Assembly: GCA_051294905.1 (NCBI GenBank)
Contig: CM119371.1
Coordinates: 9,984,001-10,048,000, forward strand
DNA from: Botryllus schlosseri
Lineage: Eukaryota
Length of the DNA: 64,000 nt
Direction: 5' to 3'
The notes under the pieces are model-generated. The model was not told the origin of the DNA and did no database searches. It worked only from the letters and a program-made list of their open reading frames with translations. The position numbers and the translations under genes were made by a program. Below, one piece after another: positions 25,001-36,294 of the stretch. Position 1 is the stretch's first letter. Every line of letters begins with the position of its first letter.

Positions 25001-27364
25001 ATAATTAGCTTTTAATAATAAAAGTTTTCACAAATACAGCATAAATAGTATGATGTTATTTTCTGGAGAACTACGATTTAATTGCTCCCTCTAATTGCTC
25101 AAATGCAACAAGACGAACTTTTTTCTTGCTACATTTAATTCGTGTTTTTCTTTACATGTAACCAACGTGGTGTCAAGTTATTTCAACTTACTTCCAGTAG
25201 TTTTGACGGATTTCCATCGTTTTCAAGACTGTAATCGTCATAAAAATCAGGCCATGCATAGGCCTACGATTACGGTAACGAGATATAGTTTTGTACTTCA
25301 CCTATTTATTCATAATTGATCACTCTTGTCCTAATTTATGAATTTGTCAACTCGATTTCCCGGTACATGTATGACGGATGACCCCTTAGCGCAAGGGACC
25401 TTCTGAAGCTATATTTAACTGTATTGATTTCAAGAGTATCGTTTCTATACTTTATGGTGAAGTAATTGTGTCATTGTCTGGAAGTAGCTATTTGTAAGTT
25501 ATTTCACTTGAAATATTTATCAACGGGCAGCGTGAAGGACTATACGTTATAAACCGTTTAAAATAGTAACTAAGTTACTGTTGTTCAATGATTATCGTAC
25601 ATTTTTCACCAATTTCTATGTTTCGGGAATGATACTAAAACGTATCAAATGACGCCAGATCTCGTAGTATTGATGCTGATGACATTTCGTTGATATGTAG
25701 AATTTCATTAACTGCATTTTAACCCAATATAGTCAACGAAATTGTGTTGTTGTAGAATGGATGGACCCAAATCCATTCATAGTGCCAGTAATATTCGATA
25801 AGGGAAATGAAGAAACCGTGTTGGAACACACGCCTGTCAAAATGAAACCGTTCGTCAAACCTGGAAACCTGCAATTTGGAGCGTTAAACATTGATGGATA
25901 TCCCAACGCCATATGCCCAGGTGCAAGGTAAGTGAATGTTGCTTTTAAAAACAAATGTTTTTCCATCTTTTGTTATGGAGAAGAAGCTCATCGTCTCACT
26001 GTATCGGCACGGTGTACGTCAACTCATAGTATCAAATTGATTGCCGAAGTCAACGATTATTCTAATGTATAAGATCCTAGTGGATTTACACGTGACTTCA
26101 CATGATATTTGAGCAAACTTGTGTTCCATTCTGATAAAAACAAAGTAAATATTGGAAAGAGGGTAATGTATAGAGAAGAGAGGATATATAGCATACCCAT
26201 GTAAAAACTTAATATATATACATGTAAATGAATTGTGAATCACGAGTTTGACGAATTAAATCGTAGTTCAGAGAGTACATTTATCATCTATGCAGTTTGT
26301 ATCAGATAATAGCTGCGACCAATGCCAGAGTTCAAGAATACCAGAGTAATGCTTTTGTGGTATTTGTAGGTATGCTGAAAGCACGATTGCACAATCTCAC
26401 ACCAATAAGTCATCTCAAGTCAATTAGAGCTTATTCGAATAAGAAGTACTAAATTTCATTTGAATGCTTTAAGACTTTTAACGCGACTTGAGTGAAGATA
26501 CTAGAAACGTAATGTGGATTTTTCTTCATCCATCCATCCATCCACCCATGCAAATTCAGGTCCATTAAATGAAAACTAACAGAAGACAATATATAAATGT
26601 CATGGGAGGAAAATGAATGACTGTCATGTGTTTATAGCCGATGCTGATACCACAGATCATGGTCCGGTAATCTTGAACGGTGGCTAGTATTTATTCAGAA
26701 GAATCTTCCTATCTATTAACTTCAATGAGTACAAGCTCGAAGATTATCTGATTGCGCACAACATAATGATCCACAGTCGTGGTCGGTCATACACAATACA
26801 TATACTTGATAATGGAGCGATGCGTTATCTTGTAATTCGTGCAAATTACGTGGAAATTATACGGCGAGGACGCGCGTTTGTTCCACCTATTCAATATTGA
26901 TTCCGAAGTGACGATGATATTGAATATGGTGGGGTAGCTACTGCAATGGAGCTGATACAGAAGCGTGGGCTTGCTAGCACTGTCATACTTTGTATGCTTA
27001 AAACACCACATAACTGTCGTACGCCTCTCGATGTTTCAGCGTAAACACTACTTCTCCCGAATATTTGTGCGTCGGCGGGATTTCGAATGACATTGCTGAG
27101 TTTGGAACGTGTGGAGATTTTGCAGGTCGGTGTATTATAATCCAACGTATATGCTGCGTACATAAAATTTCATCATGTTTTCAAATTTATTTGGTAGGGT
27201 GGCAGGGAGTTTTAAAATCGACCGCCTATGGAGGTTTGCTGACATTGGGCATCCGAGAAATATCCGAATTAAAATGCAATATTTTAAACTCAGGTTATGA
27301 ATACATGGACGGATGGGAGCACTCGACGGATTTATCGTCTACTCTTCTGATATTCTACCGATAA
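6992..27364 (+). CDS. ITLN: Intelectin-like lectin gene (fibrinogen-like N-terminus plus intelectin domain with a large internal insertion); 15 coding exons, ~548 aa
   Basis: Exons joined at GT-AG sites with consistent phases give one open frame: 6992-7087, 7661-7789, 10076-10208, 12493-12584, 15331-15493 (alternative donor 15511), 16391-16542, 20224-20276, 23080-23179, 23236-23391, 24218-24333, 24395-24486, 25756-25927, 27040-27125, 27198-27233, 27294-27364. Intelectin motifs: [68 protein letters not shown] and C-terminal LLIFYR*. The symbol denotes the family, not orthology. Confidence 0.88.
7661..7789 (+). CDS. Intelectin-like exon 2
   Basis: Acceptor ccctgtttag; [43 protein letters not shown], the start of a fibrinogen-related domain; donor GTAATT. 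Confidence 0.82.
8161..8327. repeat. Imperfect (CA)n microsatellite
   Basis: Directly visible CA run with TA/AA interruptions; it explains the spurious His/Thr and Val/Cys ORFs here. Confidence 0.97.
8509..8917. mobile_element. hAT-type MITE (TAGGGTTACCATA family)
   Basis: TIR TAGGGTTACCATA / TATGGTAACCCCG; TSD ATGTGGCA / ATGTTGCA; subterminal GTCCTC repeats. Confidence 0.75.
9193..9891. mobile_element. MITE with GAGTCA/TGACTC subterminal repeats
   Basis: Clusters of (C)GAGTCA motifs at both ends; related copy at ~20690-21153; boundaries approximate. Confidence 0.55.
10076..10208 (+). CDS. Intelectin-like exon 3
   Basis: Acceptor tttccttttgcag; [44 protein letters not shown]; donor GTGAAC. 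Confidence 0.92.
10485..12129 (-). mobile_element. Non-autonomous hAT (Buster/Charlie) element with transposase remnant
   Basis: TIR CAGTGGTTCCCAACC; perfect TSD GTCTAGAC; the minus strand near 10690-10855 reads [18 protein letters not shown]...[16 protein letters not shown], a ZBED5/Buster-type transposase segment. Confidence 0.85.
12493..12584 (+). CDS. Intelectin-like exon 4
   Basis: Acceptor tgtttcag; [31 protein letters not shown]; donor GTGAGT. Confidence 0.92.
12940..13480 (+). repeat. Interspersed repeat also present at ~59590-60070
   Basis: Shared colinear blocks such as GCGCCACG..GCACCAAGACAT and GGCCATGTAACATGCGACTCC..GTGTGCCAGAACGATC. Confidence 0.6.
13614..14133. mobile_element. 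Palindromic MITE with ~215-bp TIRs, TTAA-type target (Kolobok/piggyBac-like)
   Basis: 13614-13828 is the reverse complement of ~13920-14133; flanks TTGA / TTAA. Confidence 0.75.
14645..15276. mobile_element. hAT (Buster) MITE
   Basis: TIR CAGGGGTCACCA; TSD AATTAAAC / AATTAAAA; GCGG(C/T)CCGCG subterminal motifs. Confidence 0.8.
15331..15493 (+). CDS. Intelectin-like exon 5 (3' end at 15493 or 15511)
   Basis: Acceptor attcacag; [44 protein letters not shown]; two phase-1 donors (GTAGGT, GTAAGA). Confidence 0.85.
15747..16147. mobile_element. hAT-type MITE (TAGGGTTACCATA family)
   Basis: TAGGGTTACCAT ... ATGGTAACCCTA; GAGGAC repeats. Confidence 0.75.
16391..16542 (+). CDS. Intelectin-like exon 6 (inserted domain)
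   Basis: Acceptor aatttaccag; [50 protein letters not shown]; donor GTGAGT; phases fit both neighbours. Confidence 0.75.
16583..16881 (-). mobile_element. tRNA-derived SINE, copy B
   Basis: GGGATTCGAACCC at ~16852 is the reverse complement of a Pol III B-box; homologous to 4910-5215. Confidence 0.65.
17216..18874. mobile_element. Old DNA transposon with ~520-bp diverged TIRs (Tc1/mariner-like ends)
   Basis: 17216-17740 aligns by eye with the reverse complement of 18342-18874; right end ...TTTTTGAACACCTCTA. Confidence 0.7.
19055..19331. mobile_element. hAT-type MITE (TAGGGTTACCATA family)
   Basis: TIRs plus TSD TGAAACAG / TGTAACAG. Confidence 0.75.
19803..19921. repeat. Near-perfect hairpin (57-bp arms, 5-nt loop)
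   Basis: 19803-19859 versus 19865-19921 in reverse complement, with 2 mismatches. Confidence 0.9.
20224..20276 (+). CDS. Intelectin-like exon 7 (inserted domain)
   Basis: Acceptor ttataatag; [17 protein letters not shown]; donor GTAATG; supplies the required phase 0 to 2 bridge. Confidence 0.68.
21795..22080 (-). mobile_element. tRNA-derived SINE with a (CAA)n tail
   Basis: (TTG)n at 21795-21826; GGACTCGAACCCGCAACCT reversed B-box/tRNA-like head at ~22027-22046. Confidence 0.65.
23080..23179 (+). CDS. Intelectin-like exon 8 (inserted domain)
   Basis: Acceptor ttcccattataag; [33 protein letters not shown]; donor GTAAGG. Confidence 0.72.
23236..23391 (+). CDS. Intelectin-like exon 9 (inserted domain)
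   Basis: Acceptor atcttcag; [52 protein letters not shown]; donor GTATAT. Confidence 0.75.
24218..24333 (+). CDS. Intelectin-like exon 10 (inserted domain)
   Basis: Acceptor atcttatag; [38 protein letters not shown]; donor GTGATG. Confidence 0.75.
24395..24486 (+). CDS. Intelectin-like exon 11 (end of inserted domain)
   Basis: Acceptor ctctatacaatcag; [30 protein letters not shown]; donor GTGAGA. Confidence 0.7.
25756..25927 (+). CDS. Intelectin-like exon 12
   Basis: Acceptor tgttgttgtag; [56 protein letters not shown]; donor GTAAGT. Confidence 0.88.
27040..27125 (+). CDS. Intelectin-like exon 13
   Basis: Acceptor atgtttcag; [28 protein letters not shown]; donor GTCGGT. Confidence 0.88.
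27198..27364 (+). CDS. Intelectin-like terminal exon(s); probable 60-nt intron at 27234-27293
   Basis: [12 protein letters not shown] ... [22 protein letters not shown]; stop TAA at 27362-27364 after the intelectin-type LLxFYR terminus. Confidence 0.82.
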
Positions 27365-28077
27365 TTGTTCGCATTCATCATCCTATTTGAAACGTATGCC
27401 ACACTCGCTCGTTTTCTCCTATAGCCGTTTCTACATTTGACATTGAGCAGGGATGGCAAGTTATGATAAGAATAATATTACATGCAATTTTGGGCGACCG
27501 GCAATTGGTCAGATGTGGCATAAATCATTCTAGCGTTATTTATTTGGGATAATATTCAGAAGTTTGCGTTCGAGCATGAACTTGATAGTTTTACCCTGTG
27601 AATCGTTGAGTATAATGCTAGAAAGGGCTGATAATCTAGCAACACTGTGGGACTTTCAGCTTACTACCAACCTTGTATTACGGTGGCAGTGAATTGTGAA
27701 CTTAATCATCAAACTAGGATGGACCTTGCGTCGTCGAAAAGTATACTGTTGTTTGAGATCTCTGTTTAAAATATCACTCGGTATTGCTTTGGAAAACAAA
27801 ATAACTCGTTTCTGTCAGCGCTACACTGTTTGACCGGGAATCGGGCAAAAGCGAGATCGTGAGCTTATATTCCGCGCGTTGACCGAGTTAGCTCTAAACC
27901 TGATCCAACCACAGATGAGATTTAATTTCCGTTGGGAAATGACGTTTTTGTATGGGCTACAAAGAACCTCTCAAAAGATTTCCTTGGCTGCTCCGCAATA
28001 ACGGGTGAATTAGATGAAAACCAATACAAAATGATATAGATCATATGAAATATTACAACAGAGCTACTATATAAAAC

Positions 28078-28495
28078 ACGGTGGTTCCCAACCTTTTGCG
28101 ACTCATCATCCCGCTATCAAGGTCGAGACAAGTTTTCGCCCCCCTCCATATTTACGGATCCGATAAATGGGGCATATCAACTGGAAATTTATTCACCAAA
28201 CTCTGATCGCTGGTGAATTGACTAAAAAAGAAAGGTAATTTCTCCTAGTAGGTGCTGGGAAAACCGGTATTCGCGTCTACTTACCATTGAGTGTGCTATT
28301 ATTTTAGTCTAGTTTTGCGTCATATGCAGAATAATGCAGAATTTATTTAAGCGTGTTAATTGAATAAATCTCTCTGGACTGCCTTTACATTTTTGCCCAT
28401 CGTCGCCCCCTAATCGCTCCCTTTGGTATTTTTGCCCCCTTATTTCTCAAAATCATCCACCACTGGAGGGAGATATCGCCCAGGTTGGGAACCAC
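28078..28495. mobile_element. hAT MITE (GTGGTTCCCAACC family)
   Basis: TIR GTGGTTCCCAACC / GGTTGGGAACCAC; related to the 59256-60379 element in opposite orientation. Confidence 0.7.
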
Positions 28496-28762
28496 ATATA
28501 TATAATATGTTATGATAATCGTTTACTCCAATAACATCGGTACGACGCATGTTGCGATTGGTACCAAGAGCATTTTGATCATTGAATACCATTGAGACAG
28601 TATCTTATTATAAAGACAGAGGTTGTCAGGTAGGCTGAAGGTCTTTTCCGATATCACATATCCCAAAACAAGATTAAAATAGCGTGAATTCGAAACAAAT
28701 CAGCTGGATTCTTGCTAAAATTGACAAGCGATTTCATTGATGTAATTTATATCGATCTAACT

Positions 28763-31700
28763 CAGAGGTCTCAAACTCAAATGTGCTTGCGGGCCGTTTT
28801 TCCAGTTTTGACGACGCCGCGGGCCGCAGCATTTATAGGGGTATTCTATGTCTTTCCAAGTAGGCCTTATTTGGCGGGAATGAATTGTCCTATTGAAAGT
28901 GAGCCGATCCAGCAGACTGACAGTAAACACACATTGTCAAAATGTGATTTACGTTTGTATCAATTTAGACAATTTAAGTTGAGCATTGTAATTCCAATCC
29001 AGGATTCGTGTATACTTCTGATAAGTAGGCTATTAATCTCATGGCCAAATATCTTCAAATATAGGAGCAGAAAAAATATACAAATATAATATAAATATAT
29101 TAATGAATGTGTCCAACTGATTGAAATGTCGGAACGCCGAACGGCCCATTGCTGTTACATCGTTGGAGCGTACCACTACGGTACTCGGTACCTTTCAGTG
29201 GCCTTAATAGAATGGTTTAGCGACCAAAGATGTAATGGATTGCGAATGGTTGCTATAACTATACTTGCTTAGTTAGCGAAATACGAAGCTGCGACCTTCT
29301 GATCTATTTCCCCTGATACGTGATTAGTTTGTTGCGTCCATATAGGGCAGTGGTTCCCAACCTTTTTTCACCCACGTACCATTTCCAGGTTTTATGCAGT
29401 GCTCGCGTACCACCCACACAAGTTTCGCACGCTGAAGACGGTCAAAAAAAGGTTTCCGTCGTTTATGACGTCATAATGACGTTTTGACGTATGCGAGGCG
29501 TAAAAGGATATACTAATAAACTAGGCATTATCAGCCAGGGTTAATGGGATGCATGGAATTGTTTTTTCACCACCAGTCACAAGAAGCACAACATAATATT
29601 GAATTAAAAGCAAACAACAAACGTCAATTGTTTTAATGCGATGGCTGCATTTGCATATTTTCCACTAGCTCAGCGGTTCTCAAATTTTTTAGACGCACCG
29701 CCGTTTATGATGGTGAAAAATTTCGCGCCCCCACTATCGTTATATCACAAAATGCAACCAGAATGCTAGCAATCCTAATGAATAATTTGATGGCATGGAA
29801 GGTTATCACAGATGATAATAGAATTCTTAAATATGCAGTTAGGACTATTCACAGAGCAAAGACAATGAAATTTAGGTAAATCGCGCGAAGCGCTAAAAAT
29901 TTTTTCGGTTGGCCGCAGCTTCGCGCCCCTCTCTGGTTTGAGAACAACTGCCCTAGCTGGTCAATGCGTGGCATATGTTTGCTCACAGCGCATCGAAAGT
30001 CATGCATGGGCGCAACAAGTCGGTTTTCGATCATTCTTCGACTTGATAGTCATCAGGGATGAAAATACTTGCTCGTACTCCCACGTAGAAGGGGAAATTA
30101 GCAGATGGGGAATAGAGTGAGAAGCTAGAGTCAAGTACGAGCAGGCCACGCTGAGCCTGAAGTTTATTGGAGAACAATCGTTGTGTTCAACCCCACCCTA
30201 ACTAATAACTCCCTTCGGTCGAAAAAATTACAGAATCTACTCGCGTACCACCTGGAAGACCTTCGCGTACCACTAGTGGTACGCGTACCACAGGTTGGGA
30301 ACCACTGATATAGGGTCACCATATTTCTCTGACCCAAATTCCGGACGCTCTTTAGCGCCCACTAGTGGATTTCAAAATGAGTTACGAGCACATTTTCTGT
30401 CAATATTACGTCACACCGGCAAAGCTTTGCTTATAGACCAGAGGTGGTCATGAACCAGCTTCAGGAGAATGTGGCTGTGTGTTGTGTAACCGGGACTGAA
30501 ACCCCATTTTCAGCCCCTTCCCACCCAAATAAGCAATGATTTTGGTCCCACCATAGGGTAATCGACGCTACTTCTTGCATGCTATATGCATCTGGTCGTT
30601 AAATTTTTTTCAATGGCTTCTGTCTATAATATCGGTTCTTACATATTACTAAATAGTTTGAACCTCTCTCCGAAACATGATCAGAGTTAACGGTAGCGCT
30701 GGAGGAGGATAATGACTTCAAAAATACAGGGAGCGTACATCGTTTAGTCATGTTTATGTCACACCGATGAGATTGCTTATAAGCCTTATGCCGGTGCGCA
30801 CCTCGGAGCTTTATAAACACCCCACATCCAGTGGTTTCCAGTCTTTTATGGTCGCAACTCCATCTCCAATTTGAAAATGTTCCGTGACCCAGATCAAAAT
30901 TTGACGAGCTGATTAATAAAAGAAGTCAGCACCTTTGCCCAGACTTACTCACAGGCTATTTTGGAAGCTGATTACGTTCAACATCTTCACGAACCCCAGA
31001 ATAAAGGCAAAGGATCTCCAATTTTCTAACTACTATCTTTGAGTAAAGCATTTAAACGGCCCTAACCATCTCTAGGAATATACCCTTCTCCTATAATTGC
31101 GATTACAATTAGGCTTTTTTCAGTAAATGAAGGTTAATTATATTTTATTGCAGTTTTTGCGAGGGTTGTAGGCCCATATTAAAAACGATAAATGTGACAG
31201 TAAATAGCGCGGAGCGCGAATAAAAATATCATGTAACATATATATTTCCAAAAATAATGTTATTATGTTGATTTACGAAAAAATTATGAGCCTACGCCAA
31301 GCCCTTAAAATTCCGGACATTTAGGCATATTTTAAAAATTCCTCCCGGACGAAAGTTTGAGAAGTGAAATTCCGCACATGTCCGAGAAATTTACGGCAAA
31401 ACAAATTTACGGCATTCCGAGTCACTTCAAGTCCACTCGAGTCATTTTCATTTTGCCATTGAGTTATCCCGAGGCTGAGTAATTCTAAGAAAGGTCGCAT
31501 CCTAGTTCAACTCACAAATTTCAGTCTAGAATCGTCTAAGGGTCCGGTTTTGTCATCATGAATTGGAAATTAGCGAAATAGTGAATGTTCCACTGCATGG
31601 TAGCGTTTGCAATTGATGTGATGGTGAAGTTTGATGAATAGTTTAAGGCTTTCGGAGCAATTTAAGAGGGAATTTTCACTTTATAACCTGAAAAGATATA

Positions 31701-31801
31701 TATTTTGTAAAATTAATAAAAATCTAAAATGTCGTCGCGGGCCGCACAAAATGCACTGGCGGGCCGCATGCGGCCCGCGGGCCGCGTGTTTGAGACCTCT
31801 G
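28763..31801. mobile_element. hAT (Buster) element hosting several nested MITEs
   Basis: TIR CAGAGGTCTCAAAC; perfect TSD ATCTAACT. Confidence 0.85.
29348..30307. mobile_element. Nested hAT MITE (CAGTGGTTCCCAACC)
   Basis: Perfect TSD ATATAGGG; contains a further MITE at 29671-29950 (TSD CACTAGCT / CCCTAGCT). Confidence 0.85.
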
Positions 31802-31839
31802 ATCTAACTAAATACCCACATCGTTTTGTCCGTACTTAC

Positions 31840-34800
31840 ATTTGTAGGCCTACATATGCAGTAAGGGGGGGTTGACGAGTCCAAGGCTGGCTATCCAGAT
31901 TTCGGATGAAGTCATTTAGACATTATATTTTGGAACGACACTATGAGAATCTCATGTTGTCTGAGTTACCTAGAAAATTACTTTATCCCGCATGGTGGCG
32001 TCAGAGATTGGTGTTAATATTTTGCTCATATCCAAATTGTCACTATAGCTCAGGGGTTCTCAACCCGTGACATCTTTCATTATGAACGAATTTACTATTG
32101 GCACGTTATTGTTGCATATTAATTTCGCTGCTTGGCTCTCTTATCGTACCGTCTCTGTGTCGTTGAAATAATCATTATTTGATGTTGTATAGTTTCTCGA
32201 TATCTGCTCGAGTTAATCGGCCTTCCTCTGAACTCTGGTTTAAGATAATCCGGCATCGTAGTACATTAATAGAGAGTGTTTCACTCACCGCAAATGGTTT
32301 GAACAGAAAAAAGAAAAAGGAATGGGAAATTAAACGGCGAAAACGGTGTTTATAACACTGCGCGTGAAACAATAAATTTACTTTCTCAGATATAAATGGA
32401 AAATCGATTTGTCACATTTGTCGAAGAACTATTGTCGCAACGAAGCGTAGACGAAGCTTAAAATGATACAACGAAAGTTTCTTCTGGGGTTATACATATC
32501 ACCTGATCTTGAAAATCGTTGATAGCTAGGTGTCAAGCCCAAGAATCCATATTTCAAGGCATTGTTAAAATTGCCGACGTCGTTACAGGAACATTGGAAT
32601 AGCACTAAACTAGGCTTACCATACGTCCTCTTTTAAGAGGATTTGTCCTCTTTTTTGACTTTTTGGAAAGTGTCCTAGGAGGACGCCCTTTTGTCCTCTT
32701 TGTTAGAGATTTTGTCCTCTTTTTTGAAAATTTAGGTCATATAAAGAGCAAATTGCGAGCGATACGCCGCAAATTAGCACAGAAGTGAAGCTCCGGCGGG
32801 TATTTCGTAGTGAAAAACGGTGATTTTTTTTAATCATCCACCTGGCAATGTGGAGACAAAAACGGTATTTTGAGCTCTGAGCGGAAGAGATGATCTTTTT
32901 TTTTTAGTCAACCGATCACAAAGTGGGAAAAATTCACCGGTTTTTTAGAATTCTACTCCGGTTTTGGAAGTTGCAAATTTCTGAAAAAGTGTCCTCTTTT
33001 TAGATTTCCAAAATATGGTAAGCCTAACTAAACCCAGGAATCTGCTTGGGAAAGTGTAATTTCAATTAAAATTTAACATACTGTGCGAACTTTCGCTGTT
33101 TCTTGAACTTATAGCAGCAGGGACACCATCACATGACAGATTTCGAAGCTGCAGTTGTCTGATGCAACCGCGACCAGAAGAGTAGCAGTAATGTCAGTCA
33201 ATCGTCTATTGCACGTTGCCGCGTATACCACATTAGCCTAGCATCGGACGACTCCACCAAGTCCACAGACGCTGCATAGCATATTATCTGGGTGCATCAT
33301 ATCAGAGTGGACATATTTGCAGAGGAAATGCTGGCAAGGCAAACGTGGGGAGGGGGCCAGCCAAAAGCATCAGCATTACAAAGCTGACTTCTGTAACTAT
33401 TGCTGACCTCGAAACACCAGACTTTTTCTCTTATCACGGAGATCTCAAAGTGATAATGGCCTCTGTAACGAAAATGTTACCGTAATGCGCCGCTGGGAGA
33501 TACATTATTCTAAAAAAAAAACAGCAACTGCAAACTCACGAACACTGCCCATTATTGCTTTAGAATGAGTAAAAGGGTACTAAACGCCCGCATACCGACT
33601 GGTAAATAGGCTATACAGTAGCCTAAATTGAATAGTAGCCCGCAAATACATAGTAATAATGTTCTGCGGCCCGCGGCGTATTTTGCTGGTAAAATGCGGC
33701 CCGTTATCCACGGGAAGTTGAGAACCCCTGCTATAGCTCATGTTCATCAGAACTAGAGCCTCTCACAGGCTCGCGCCATGCTCATTAGTCATTGCCCCGT
33801 TCAGGACATCTATCGTCATATCGAAAAATCGTTAACCGCCATCAGGATCATTCATGCCTCAATGCTAAGAACATACTGGACTGCAATTTTACGATTTCGA
33901 TCGATGTGAATGGCTTGTCTTTGTACATCAGCTATAAACGGTAGTTTGTAGCAGGTAATAGGTCTTCGCATCACTAACCAAGCCTATTGAATCTCATAAC
34001 TTCCAGTGACATTCCTCTGATGACTAAAAGCTTTAGAAAATAAATGCATTACGCGATGATCGATGATATGATATGATATATCATATTGACGGACTCGTTT
34101 CGACGGATGGTTGTTGGTGCCATAAATGTCTACGGATGTAAAGTATTTATCGTCTTGACTCTTTCACGAAATGATGAGATGGTCTACCAAACCAATATTC
34201 AATGTACGTATGCAGAAGGCTATGCTGATGGAATCGATAATGGTTTACGTGATTATCAATCATTCAATTGGATAGGAAGCGACGTATCATGGTTACCTAC
34301 GATTACTTAACAATAAAAGATGCGACCACCCGGCGTGCGATCAATTCTTTGGTAAATCGATGCACGTATTGATCGAGTGGGCCAAGACAGTTTGTTTTTT
34401 TGATATGGTTATAATTACGGTTGCATACAAGGACCTTATTTGAAACATGTTTTTTTATTGTTTTTTTTTTATACCATGACGTCACGAATATTCAGTTGTG
34501 ACGCCATAGTGGATTGACATTGACAATTCAAAATATAGGTCAAATATAGCTCCTTTGACGAACTATATGTACTATAACTGTTCAATCGACTATTTTGAGG
34601 GTTCCAACCATCCCATGTAGGTATACGTCGGCAATATTATGTGGTAATTGTCCGCATACAACATGTATTTACACAATTATGGCATGATTTTATAACTTGA
34701 AAAAAAATTCCCAAAGGCTTTTGTTTAAACACTGTCTAAAACAGGTTTCAAACAAGGTGTTTTAAATAGCCAAGCCCCGACTGAAAGTGAGCCGTGCTAG

Positions 34801-35900
34801 AAGTCGGCAGCAAAGACCACGATGGGAACGAATCGGAGCGAGAGAGACTGAACTGAATGAGAGAAAGAGTGAAAAGTCGTCGCCAAGTTTACAAAAAAAA
34901 AGTTGAGCATTTTAGATTCGACAAGATAGTTTTTGAATTATTGTTCGTTGTTAGGTTTTATATCCTAATTCCATTCGATGATGTGATGACCATATTGTGA
35001 AGTGAACGTTTAAACAATCACAAAGTTTCATGAAGAAATTATCACTGGTAAAGTTCATTCGAACGAAGTTCCAGCTGACACATTTCTCAGCATATAGCTT
35101 AATATCGACCCGACTGCATTGAGTGTTCCAACCATCACATATCGTATACGTTGGCTATATCAAGTGGTAATCGTCCGTAGGCTCATACAATGGCATACCA
35201 ATTTTAATTTTTTTTTCAAGATAGCCTTTGCTCAAATCAGTGTTTTGAAAATCAGTGTTAAACAAAGTGTTTAAAACAACCATTTTTTAAAAATGCAACT
35301 CTATTGACAATATTGATGTTTGCTGAAGCTGTTGATGGCTATACGGATTCCCCATTGCTCTTGTGACAAGCACGTTCGACATCAAAGATGCTAGCCACCG
35401 TGTAGCCGATGACATTGCCGTCGCTTTTCGTCTTTCATGCTAAGGAAACCAATTCTTACGCACACTAGCTGCGCTATCGGTTTTATAACTCCGGCAGCAG
35501 AACCGGACCGAAACATGCCGGCCACTAAGAGTCCAAATATTTCCAACAAAACTCCCATTGTGACCAGTAAAGTGGCGAATCTTGGTCTGGGTGGTCTATC
35601 CGCAGATAGGGTCATGAATATCTTGTGATGTTACAGCGCAATAAAACCATCGAGTAAATCAGTGAACGGAGTAGCAATCTCGGTGTAAGAGCGCGACAGT
35701 CATTTGACTATGCAATGTGTCTTATTGGTATGACATTGTTATCGGGTGTGCTTGATGACATTCGATCTGCATCAAAATTACCGGCTATGATAATGTCTGT
35801 GGATCGAAGGCTTACTCCCCGATGTTTGTATACCAACACCTTGCATGCAATGCCATATACCCCCTATTTACGCGATAAATCGCGACGTTTGTGTGGATGG
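31840..35900 (-). pseudogene. Probable class-A (rhodopsin-like) GPCR pseudogene interrupted by insertions
   Basis: Minus-strand fragments in the correct order, across frameshifts: TM1-like IIIAGN (~35790), TM2-like IATPFTDLLDGFIAL (~35660), TM3-like LLEIFGLLVAGM..AGVIKP (~35500), TM4-like RWLASLM (~35390), TM6-like CYKLPF (~33940), TM7-like WIASLGLVNPP (~31875). Confidence 0.45.
32051..33730 (+). mobile_element. Non-autonomous hAT (Buster/SPIN-type) element
   Basis: TIR CAGGGGTTCTCAAC; perfect TSD CTATAGCT; BED-finger-like transposase remnant NKFTFSDINGKSICHICRRTI near 32370-32435; nested TAGG-family MITE at 32611-33026. Confidence 0.82.
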
Positions 35901-36294
35901 TGCATTAGTATTTTTTCGTGGAAACACAGGGTGTAACATGTTTACTTGAATATTGGTCGTTGGGTCATGAGTGAATATCCGGATCCGGTTGTATACTTCC
36001 TCATGGATTCCGATTTCAAACTGAATGTAGCGACATACATTGACCAATAAAGACACAATATAGTAAGCATGCGGGAGAAAACTCAACCCGGAATTGTTAG
36101 CGCGATGGGGGACATAAATTCAACCGTTTTCCGAACACCATTATCCACGTACCACACAGTTACCAAAATCGAGGGGGTGTATAACAAGTGAATATGTGAT
36201 TACACAAATGTATCGGAGTCGTTGTGGGTGCACATTTTGTCGCTGTTCGTTGTACCAATATACAAAAATATAAAATTGTCGGGTGTGATTTTCA

